64,000 nt of DNA from Paraphysomonas bandaiensis. Its lineage: Eukaryota; Protista; Chrysophyceae. The DNA is taken from positions 170,401 to 234,400 of the forward strand of contig CBFFRP010000242.1 of the NCBI GenBank assembly GCA_965644295.1, written 5' to 3'. Shown here piece by piece: positions 52,845 to 61,498 of the stretch. Numbering within the stretch: the first letter of the stretch is position 1; every line of letters begins with the position of its first letter. The notes beneath the pieces are model-generated. The model was given only the letters and a program-made list of their open reading frames with translations, made no database searches and was not told the DNA's origin. Made by a program: the position numbers and the translations under genes.

Positions 52845-53657
52845 AGGTCCTAGATATGATTCTGCTGCCGATAGAATTCGATGTTTTGTAAGTAGTTGGA
52901 AACTCACATAAACTCACATCTGCCGATACGATCGTAGTATAGATTATGTGGTCCGTGAAAGAAAATTGCGATATATCGAGTGATATAGTGATATAGAGAC
53001 CGCGTTATATCGCAAGTGGTCTGTATAATGGAGTCAGCTAAACTTAGTATTATTCGAGGGCAGACTGAAAGCAACGCTTCATAAAGACCTATTTCAATCG
53101 ATAATTAATACCTTATTCTTCACTTATTTAATATTATTGTATGGTTTAGATGACTGCATCGTTTCTTATATTTGGTGAAACGGGTCCAATTTAGCACAGT
53201 GAAGAGGTTAAACGAATCTTCAACAACCGGAATCGAATGCTATCATCTACTTCACAGAAATTTATAGTAAAATTTGTTAGATAAATGATAATATGATTAG
53301 TAAAATGTTAGAGCAATATTTTGAATTAAATAGGACTTCGTTCAAGCAACATGACTGTAATCTTCCTACCGAAGTTCTGCTGACGATGTTTTTAAGCATT
53401 TGAAACAACCGGGTTGTGAGAATCATCGTCCTATGGCTACATTCCGACATGTCATGAACATGCCTTGAATATATACTCATGAGTTATACCTAATACGCGT
53501 ATATAGTTTCTAACTAGTAGAGTATAGTGGTATGTACTGTTCAGCCCTATCTCTGATCCCTGTTACTCTCCCAAATATACCTTCAGTAAAATGACTTATA
53601 TCAGAATCGTCACACATTTAAAGTTACCCAAACTGTGAAGTCACTAATCACCTAACC

Positions 53658-53882
53658 GATTCTGTCTTAATTGTCAATCATACCGCAGGAGAAAGGTGAA
53701 TTGTATTGCTTTAAAGTGTGTTAAAATATTAGACCTAGTGTTGAGTACTTACAAACATTGAGTTGACCAGGCTTTGTCTTATCACTCACCTCCCTACAAT
53801 AAATGGTCGATGATTCTGTCTTCATTGTCAATCAAACCGCAGCAGAAAGGTGAATAGTATTGTTTTAAAGTGTGTTAAAATA
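53658..53882 (+). repeat. Two diverged 71-bp direct repeats (53658-53728 and 53812-53882)
   Basis: gattctgtctt(a/c)attgtcaatca...agaaaggtgaat...taaagtgtgttaaaata. Confidence 0.8.
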
Positions 53883-54626
53883 ATTATTCCACATAGCTTT
53901 CAGTTCATTTTTGCCCCATTTCTTCATTAATCTTTCATCCTAACATAATATAGTACCATATTACTGTACAAAATTTGGTGAAATGACACTCCATATCTAA
54001 GTTAAGCAATATAATGTGTAAAATATTTTAGGAGCTCAATAACTTTTTTGAATGTAATCATTGAATATCTATATTTTGGCTACGCTGCCAAAGCAAAAGT
54101 GAGAAAGTATGACACAGAAATAATTCCTATTTATAAAAGCTACTTATATATAGTGCATATTATTATGTTGTCTCATATCGTCTCAACTGCATACGCTGCG
54201 ACGACGACAATTAGGCGGGCAACTTGTGATACTAGGGTATTCAACCCTGGCTCATTGAGTCCAAACAGCATGTCTACAGCCCTGATTTTGTCTTAATGAA
54301 CTGTAAAGAACATTATCCTTCTAACATTATCCTTAAGACTCTACCAACAGGATTGGTTCTAGCAGAGTCCTGCATCTCAACCTTAGGTTCCTCCTCCGTA
54401 GTAATAATCGTAATGACATGTAACTATACAGCTACTGGCCATAAGCTACACACAACTTCCAAAATTAAGAAACTGCATCTTATTATCGATTATTAGAAAA
54501 AACTACTTAGGATTCCCAGGCCAACAGAAAAGCACAAAGGAATTACCTCTATCCATCTTTCTCTGCCCTACGGTGGCAAATACCGTTCAACACAAAGTTC
54601 CACCTTATTAACCAGCTTTAAGCTCA

Positions 54627-56861
54627 ATGTCCCTATTAAGGGTGTGGATGAGTCATGTCAGTGTGCCTAGGGCCTCTTCTCCCTCTCTTCGGCCACATTT
54701 TGCTGATCACCTCGTCTCCGACAAATCTCTTGTTTTACCACGTTGTACACGTTCCAAGCCTCACTGCCTGGCCTTGCGACTTCTACCCAACCTAACGGCT
54801 TCTGCTAAACCACGTGCCTGCACTAATGCAGCGCTTACCGCATTCATATGCCATCATATCAGTAGACATCATAGTCTCACCTATCGAATTCTACGGTTAC
54901 AACCACTCAAAACGTGGCTCGTGCGAGCAGGTCCACGCAAAAGATCCTCTGGTGCTCTCCATATGGTCACAGACTACTCTCGAACCCACACAACTGAGCT
55001 ACAGGGCTGCCTCCTGATGTCCACACAAAACAACCCAACATGGTTTGTCTGTGGTCTATGCATCCAGCAGGTTACCCCCTCATTCTGTTCACCTATCACT
55101 CCCTCAGCCCATTCCTCTTATTGGACAGACACTGTATTCCGCATACGGTATATTCGGCTACTGTACTACAGTGCCCTACAGGATGTATACCACACAAAAA
55201 CGGTGCTAGCATGCGGAACACCACGTAGCCCCGGACCCCATCAATACCCTACCAACCCACACCCACTCAATCTTGCTGGTTATGAGTATATCACCTATGC
55301 AAGGCCCCAAAGTTCACGCTTAAGTCTCTTGCGTAACAACACTCGGTTCACATACAGATATACACCAACACTCTTTAGAAGCAACTTCGACACAATTTCA
55401 ATGAAACGTGAAACAAATTCCAACACTTCCAGAACCTTCACCCCGAAGTTTGTTCTTCCCCCCTCCTATCAACCAACCAACATTGATGCGCAGATCAATA
55501 ATGCTATCAGAGAACAGAAGAAAGCCAAAGCTGACACTCCCCAGCTACAGCTCCCATCGGTACGCACCTTTCTGGGATGGGAAAATGACCTACCTGTGGG
55601 AGAGTACAAAACACTCGTCCTTACAAACATAAAAGCTGCTGATGATGCCACCTTCCTGGGGATAACACACTACCTTATCCATGAGTTGGGGTTTCCCATT
55701 CAACCCCCTACCCCCCAAGACATCGCTACTTTCAGGGCAGCCAAGGATGCACGAACGTGTTCAGACTTACCTGCTCCCACAGCGAGTAGGGTAGTCCGAG
55801 CGTTCGACCTAGGCAGACCTGGGTACGAAGTCCGACAGGGCATGGGAGCGAATGTTACCGCTGACTCATGTATGTACTCCTCCCCTCTATGCTTTGACCT
55901 CCATGTAGAAACGGGCACATCAGTCGATGACAAAGGCCTCCTTTGGACTGAACGCCGACATGTCCAGATATCACTTTTCCGAACGCCACGAGAACTCTTC
56001 GTGGGTCGTACCAAGGATGAGCCCTCGCTGATACCAGTGGCGGCTATATATGGGCTACATGCAAACTCAGCGCACACCAGACCTGCACATGCCTTTAGGT
56101 TACGAAACACGCTGGATATGCTTCTCCGAACGGGAGGTTTCCCCACGCCACCTCTATACGAAGTATTCTGGACTCTAACACACTATAGAGGCAAGACTCG
56201 AGCCACTGATAAAACACATAGGTTCTATCAGATTCTATTACTCCACGATCCCATTCACGATCAGGATCTAAGAGCTAAATTCTATAAAGCACTCTTCAAT
56301 AATGAAATAGGAGGACATGTCGAAATCAACCTCGGCTCACTCTGTTGTAGAATGGTCAGCAGTGAAACACCCACGCAAAAGCAGTCCAACTGGACACCGT
56401 CTCAAGAACTCTTCCACATCGCTGTCTGCTCTGAAACACTCCTATCTCCCATCCAAGTCTGGCAAGCCTGTGAGGCTATAGGTATCCCATCCACGGACAT
56501 AGAGGACATCATTTGGACCGCCCGCAGCCCACTCACAAGCGGGCGCAAAGAAAAAGAACGCTTAGTTGAACAAACCTACATTTACCTTGACGACAGGAAT
56601 ACCAAGATCAAACTCTGCTGGGAAATCTCACGCGCAGGTATCGTGCCTTTACTGCGCAAAGCTCTGGGTGACGAAACTCTAAGGCTCCTCTATCACACCA
56701 TAGCAGTCCCCCCTGGCCTCCCTACTCAGCGGTTTCTATACGGCCTCCATAAGGCCCCAGACACAGCAACAAACGCCCCTCCCATAATACCGCCTCCAAC
56801 GTCCCTCCAACCCTTCGGCCCAACTATGACACAGCCAGGTTTGATAACCAAGGCTGTGTAG
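54627..56861 (+). CDS. Intronless orphan ORF, possibly ORF1 of a non-LTR retroelement, truncated by the Gypsy LTR at about 56827
   Basis: 744 open codons, C-rich, no recognisable domain; its last codons and stop fall inside the inferred LTR; the true start may be the ATG at about 55401. Confidence 0.4.
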   Translation: MSLLRVWMSHVSVPRASSPSLRPHFADHLVSDKSLVLPRCTRSKPHCLALRLLPNLTASAKPRACTNAALTAFICHHISRHHSLTYRILRLQPLKTWLVRAGPRKRSSGALHMVTDYSRTHTTELQGCLLMSTQNNPTWFVCGLCIQQVTPSFCSPITPSAHSSYWTDTVFRIRYIRLLYYSALQDVYHTKTVLACGTPRSPGPHQYPTNPHPLNLAGYEYITYARPQSSRLSLLRNNTRFTYRYTPTLFRSNFDTISMKRETNSNTSRTFTPKFVLPPSYQPTNIDAQINNAIREQKKAKADTPQLQLPSVRTFLGWENDLPVGEYKTLVLTNIKAADDATFLGITHYLIHELGFPIQPPTPQDIATFRAAKDARTCSDLPAPTASRVVRAFDLGRPGYEVRQGMGANVTADSCMYSSPLCFDLHVETGTSVDDKGLLWTERRHVQISLFRTPRELFVGRTKDEPSLIPVAAIYGLHANSAHTRPAHAFRLRNTLDMLLRTGGFPTPPLYEVFWTLTHYRGKTRATDKTHRFYQILLLHDPIHDQDLRAKFYKALFNNEIGGHVEINLGSLCCRMVSSETPTQKQSNWTPSQELFHIAVCSETLLSPIQVWQACEAIGIPSTDIEDIIWTARSPLTSGRKEKERLVEQTYIYLDDRNTKIKLCWEISRAGIVPLLRKALGDETLRLLYHTIAVPPGLPTQRFLYGLHKAPDTATNAPPIIPPPTSLQPFGPTMTQPGLITKAV

Positions 56862-58177
56862 CAGAAACAAACACAATGAGTTAACCAGAGCTGTAGGTAT
56901 GTCTGATTGCAGGAGAACAGGATGATTATTACTCTAAACAGTATGTCAAGCGTTGTAAGCTTGTACTAGTGACCCCCTCCAAGAATCACCGCGCAAACCC
57001 CACCTCCAGTGAAGTCAGAACACTAGTGTACAAACAGAACAACACTTAACAGAGAACTGAGCTGCAAAGCAATGTAACATAGAACAAGCACAACACACCA
57101 CACACCACACACCACACACCACACTCGCCAGTTTGTAAATTAGCCGTTGAATACTGCGTATTCAGAGTACAGCTACTGTATTACAATGGACCAACATGTG
57201 AGTGTGCAGCATACCGTATGATGTTTTTCCTACATCTACTATCTCAGACTAAGAACCAATGTCCACATCATATACATACATCATATCCATTGCTGCATAA
57301 ACAATGTCTACTACTACAGATCCAGCCGCGGGCTCCACTAAGCCTAAACCTCGCAATCGTAGAGGACGGGGCTCTCTACTACGTAGGTCCAATCGGTATC
57401 GGTATGCCTACCGTGAAAGGGCTGCTGCTAGGCGCATCTGGGAACGCTCCGTTCGATGCCCCGAGGGACAACTTGATGCACATAGGCAACTGTGCAAAGT
57501 TGTTCCTTACTTGCACTCGTCATCGCAAGATGCAAGGGGAGAAGTCTGCCAGTGCGTGTTGGACTTCTACCACAGGTGTGGGATAGTGAATCCCTATGTG
57601 GAAGTCCGGTCTGGCCTAAACATTGCCAACCCGCTGGGCGATAAGCCTGAACAGCAAGGTTTATTCTCCTTACAGGATTTGGAGCCAGGACTGCGTTTCT
57701 GCCTCTACAGCGGTGAAGTGTATACCTCCCGTCCTAGCTGGGGAGCATACATACTTGAGATAGCTAAGGACTTCTATATAGATTCGGAGCGGGACACTCA
57801 TGACATAGGTTACCTTCTGCCGCTGGGGTCCCAAGCTTATTTGGCCCGGGTGCCTCATAATCATGGTAGGTATATAAACACGGTGTATCCCTCTGACCAT
57901 GCTGCTGGCCGGAGCTTCAACTGCGAATTTGTATTAGATGAGTCCGGCTTGGACGTGGTCTGGGTGCAGACCACTCGGGCAGTTGCGGCCGGCGAGGAGC
58001 TGTTGGCAGATTACGGGAAATTGTACCTCCAGTCCTAGTGCTAGTTCTCCAGTAATTTGTAGCGTAATAATGATATGTTTCTGATACTTCTATCGTTTCT
58101 GTCTTCATCCCGTAGTTAGTAGTTTTGCACTTACTATAGACACGTGACTGAGGCATGTGAAATGCCACGTGGTCACA
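56827..58177 (-). repeat. Putative 3' LTR of about 1.35 kb
   Basis: Right edge set by PPT plus TG. Left edge inferred from TG, the terminal hairpin ACACAGCC...GGCTGTGT and disruption of the flanking ORF (alternative edge 56855). The partner LTR is not in the window. Confidence 0.6.
57304..58038 (+). CDS. SET-domain protein (putative lysine methyltransferase), intronless, antisense to pol
   Basis: QGLFSLQDLEPG (motif I), LYSGEV (motif II), GRYINT...FNC (motif III variant), TTRAVAAGEELLADYG (motif IV); Arg-rich NLS-like N-terminus. Confidence 0.9.
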   Translation: MSTTTDPAAGSTKPKPRNRRGRGSLLRRSNRYRYAYRERAAARRIWERSVRCPEGQLDAHRQLCKVVPYLHSSSQDARGEVCQCVLDFYHRCGIVNPYVEVRSGLNIANPLGDKPEQQGLFSLQDLEPGLRFCLYSGEVYTSRPSWGAYILEIAKDFYIDSERDTHDIGYLLPLGSQAYLARVPHNHGRYINTVYPSDHAAGRSFNCEFVLDESGLDVVWVQTTRAVAAGEELLADYGKLYLQS

Positions 58178-58356
58178 TTGCCCCCGCCTCCTTTTTTTTT
58201 TTTTGTTTGATATAAGTATTATGCGAAATGATGGAGACGGGCGTCACTCTGCGACCCACAAATTTCAACGGAACTAAAAATTAGCCATCAAAACGAAGGT
58301 ACAGCAGAGGAGCGTTGGAGTTGGAAGATCGCGTGTGAGTTGATTGGTCCCGTGCT

Positions 58357-61300
58357 CTAAACGGACTCAAGGACTTGAGGGTAGCGTGTAGCCAAGTCCT
58401 TGTCGACGAGTACCATAGTGCTAGTGTCTAGTTCAGGGTGAACGAAACAATGCACGAGGTAGTTGTCATAGCGGTAGGTGCGGAGAGTGAGAAGATCCTT
58501 GACGGATAATACTCTCTTAGAGCTTCGATGATACCAGTGTGTGAACTGGATCGGAGCTACATAGGTCAGTAAGTGGGAGTCTGGTAACTGCAGTCCGTCG
58601 TACCATACGTCGCCGTAAATGCGTAGGTCAACATATGCATGGTCGCCGGGTTTGAACTGAGTGATAGACTGGCGTCGGATGTCCGAGATATATTTCTTGG
58701 CACCCTCCGCTGGATAAATCAGGTGGTAGAGGTACCGTTTGCTGGAACAAAAGTCCGCGTAAGGCACAGAGTCAAAAAGGTCCTTGCTATAAGGCACTTC
58801 TCTGACATCACCATCCTGAAATCTCACAGTAAAAATCAAAGTGGAGCGTGACTCTCTGTCACCCCGATAGTAGAGAATCTTGTCAATGACATGCTGATCC
58901 TGGTCTCGTAGAGCCATGCTGTACGCAGTGTCTCTATCACCTGGAAACAGTTTGACGTCTGTCACTGAAACACGTACCACTTGCCCTGTAGCAAGGTGCT
59001 GACAATCGATGTCATTCTTGTACTGGGTCTTAACAACAAAAGGTCCCATGTATCGATGTGACATCTTGGGATGAACCTTGGCGCCTTTGTCAAATAAAAT
59101 GAAGTCGCCAGGTTGATATCGGTTCTGCTTGTCCGGGTGAACTCCCTCACCAGCGCGTTCACTCGCTAACTGCTGCTGGTAAGTCTTGGAAGCCGCCCGT
59201 AGACCTTCTAACTGTTCATTAAGAGCAGTCAGTCTGGCGTGTGCACGCTCAGGTAAAGTTTGTATATTCATAGTTAAATATTCCAGATCATTAGAGCCAA
59301 AAGTGAGCTCAAAGGGTGAATACCCCGTCTCGGATGAAACTTCTGAATTCAGAATGTATTGAGCGCTGGGTATCCAGCTGGGATCCTCAAAAACATCCTT
59401 TCGTTCTACACGCTTGCTGTTTTCATATACTAGGGCGCGCAAATGTCGGACCACCTCACCGATGATGCGTTCACAACCATTAGCATGCCTGTTGGCTATG
59501 CTGAAGGTGTGTCGGACGCCCATATATTCAGTCAGTTGTTTGAAAAGATCGGAAGTTAGGTCAGGACCCTGATCTGAGATGATAAGATCAGTGTGTCCGT
59601 AGTAACTCCAATACTTCCATACCGTGTTTGCCAAGTTGAGCGCAGTCACTCCTTTGACTGGCTCAAGATAAACTAACTTGGTGAACAGGTTGACTACGAC
59701 ATTAATGTGCGTGTATCCATCAGCACCATGGGGTGTGATTTCTACCGCGTCAATTCCAATAGCACTCCGAGCGCTCGGAGGCTTAAGGTTTCGGACTATA
59801 GGAATCAGCGCTTCTTTCATCGCCAATCTAGTCTTAACACAGTTTGGACACTTCGCAATGAAGTCTTCGACTACTTTGTAAGGAATTCCATGGCCGGGGA
59901 ATTGCTTATTCAGTCGAATCCAAGTGGCTCGCCCACCGAGATGTCCAACTCGGGCATTATGTACTTGTTGCAAGGCATCCTCGGGAGTGACTGAACTTTG
60001 CGCATGAGGAGATACTTCCCTGTCTTCTGGGTTCATAAAATTGCCCAAGAAGTTAAAAAATTCATCCTCAGTGCAGTCCTCTCCAAGGAAGTAGGCATCG
60101 GCATAGTCTTCATCTAAGAATATACCGGACAACGCCGCAACTTGATGCTCCCGAGATAACCAATCGGCTAACCAATTCTTGGCACCCGATATGTGTTTAA
60201 TGCTGAAGTTGAAAGATTGCAAGAAAATTCTCCATCTTGTGATCTTAGGTACTTCAGACGACTCCATCCACAAGAGATTATTGTGGTCAGTCTCTATAGT
60301 GAACTGCTTCCCAATCAAATAGTACGCTAAGTGCTTGACACTGTAGTAAATACCATAAGCTTCTTGCTCTATCGTAGCCCATTTCTGAGCCTGAGCTGAA
60401 AACTTCTTTGATAGGAAGGCAATGGGTTGCAACTGCTCTGTTCCATCTGCGAGAATCTTTTTCTGCAGAAGCACCGAGCCGATTCCTAGCTCACTAGCGT
60501 CAGTACGCAGTGTCCACTCCAAATTGTAGTCTGGGTAGAACAATTCGCAGGAATCTTGCAGGCCTTTTATGAAGCGACGATATTCAGCCTCATAGTCGTG
60601 CCGCCACGTAGTCTTGTCCCAATTGAATTTCGATTTGGTCAAATCTGTGAGATGAGCCACCAAGTCTGAATATCTAGGGGTAAAACTGGAAAAGAACACG
60701 CCCTTGCCAAGCAGAGACCTTGCTTGTTTGGTGTTGGTAGGCATTGGAATTTTGCCTAGGGCTTCCTTCTTCTCAGGATTGACTTCATAGGATTTGTGTC
60801 TGCATACGTATCCGAAGAAGTCTACTTTTCTAAATCCAAGCCAACTCTTTGGCATTTTCAGTTTGAGATTCCTCTCGATGCATCTGTCAATCACTTTCTC
60901 GAATTTCTGATACGCATCTTGAGGGTCGTTGGCCAATATCAACATGTTGTCAAATATTACAATGGCCCAGTCAGAAAAATCTTCAAATATTTCCCTGACT
61001 ACCTCTTGCAGAATTCCAGTAGCCGGCGCAATACCTTCTGGCATGAACTTTGGCGCATATTGGCCCCATGGCGTCTGGATAGAAAGCCTCTCTGATGTTT
61101 CTTCCGCTAGAGGTATCTGATGGAAAGCGTTGGTCAAGTCAATGTCCATATACAATGGGAAATTGATGATCTTGTCCAATTCATGCTTGACGTTGGGAAT
61201 TGTATAATTACCCACTTGCATGTGCTTGTTGATGTTAACATAATCCCCGCAGAATCGGATATAAGGTGGAGTAGCCTTGGGAGCAACCACCAAGCATGAA

Positions 61301-61491
61301 GCCCAAGGAGATCTGCTCTTCTGGTAAAAATAACCACATAGTCTCCTGAACTCCTTTTCGGATGCTTCCCAGAGCTTAGGGTTGATCGGCCTGGCTCTGG
61401 GTTTCATTCTTTCAGGTAAAGTTTCTTTCCACTTAAGAGTCAAAGGGTAGACGGAGGACTTTCCTGGCTGCTCGTGCAAGTATTTTGTCAC
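58357..61491 (-). CDS. pol: Gypsy Pol: RT (IFDN variant), RNase H, integrase, chromodomain and C-terminal extension; N-terminally truncated
   Basis: SPWASCLVVAPK, RFCGDY, DLTNAFHQI, MPEGI, VIFDNMLI, TDAS, TDH, ADWLSR, HNARVGH...CPNC, ISDQG, CER, MGPFVV, HVIDKILYYRG. Confidence 0.95.
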   Translation of the reverse strand: MTKYLHEQPGKSSVYPLTLKWKETLPERMKPRARPINPKLWEASEKEFRRLCGYFYQKSRSPWASCLVVAPKATPPYIRFCGDYVNINKHMQVGNYTIPNVKHELDKIINFPLYMDIDLTNAFHQIPLAEETSERLSIQTPWGQYAPKFMPEGIAPATGILQEVVREIFEDFSDWAIVIFDNMLILANDPQDAYQKFEKVIDRCIERNLKLKMPKSWLGFRKVDFFGYVCRHKSYEVNPEKKEALGKIPMPTNTKQARSLLGKGVFFSSFTPRYSDLVAHLTDLTKSKFNWDKTTWRHDYEAEYRRFIKGLQDSCELFYPDYNLEWTLRTDASELGIGSVLLQKKILADGTEQLQPIAFLSKKFSAQAQKWATIEQEAYGIYYSVKHLAYYLIGKQFTIETDHNNLLWMESSEVPKITRWRIFLQSFNFSIKHISGAKNWLADWLSREHQVAALSGIFLDEDYADAYFLGEDCTEDEFFNFLGNFMNPEDREVSPHAQSSVTPEDALQQVHNARVGHLGGRATWIRLNKQFPGHGIPYKVVEDFIAKCPNCVKTRLAMKEALIPIVRNLKPPSARSAIGIDAVEITPHGADGYTHINVVVNLFTKLVYLEPVKGVTALNLANTVWKYWSYYGHTDLIISDQGPDLTSDLFKQLTEYMGVRHTFSIANRHANGCERIIGEVVRHLRALVYENSKRVERKDVFEDPSWIPSAQYILNSEVSSETGYSPFELTFGSNDLEYLTMNIQTLPERAHARLTALNEQLEGLRAASKTYQQQLASERAGEGVHPDKQNRYQPGDFILFDKGAKVHPKMSHRYMGPFVVKTQYKNDIDCQHLATGQVVRVSVTDVKLFPGDRDTAYSMALRDQDQHVIDKILYYRGDRESRSTLIFTVRFQDGDVREVPYSKDLFDSVPYADFCSSKRYLYHLIYPAEGAKKYISDIRRQSITQFKPGDHAYVDLRIYGDVWYDGLQLPDSHLLTYVAPIQFTHWYHRSSKRVLSVKDLLTLRTYRYDNYLVHCFVHPELDTSTMVLVDKDLATRYPQVLESV

Positions 61492-61498
61492 GCATACC

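Larger units (their letters stand above)
56827..61498 (-). mobile_element. Second Gypsy element of the same lineage (3' portion), with a long 3' LTR containing a SET ORF; 5' part interrupted or out of window
   Basis: Pol 58357-61491 homologous to 37320-40568; PPT AAAAAAGGAGGCGGGGGCAA followed by TGTGACC at 58177; U5-like hairpins with the lineage GGTTTGC motif at 56830-57035. Confidence 0.85.

Noticed and set aside
57150-57185. Alternative LTR boundary at ...CTGTATTACA, which would place SET outside the LTR
   Set aside because: No polypurine tract is adjacent; the only PPT-TG junction is at 58177. It cannot be fully excluded without the partner LTR.
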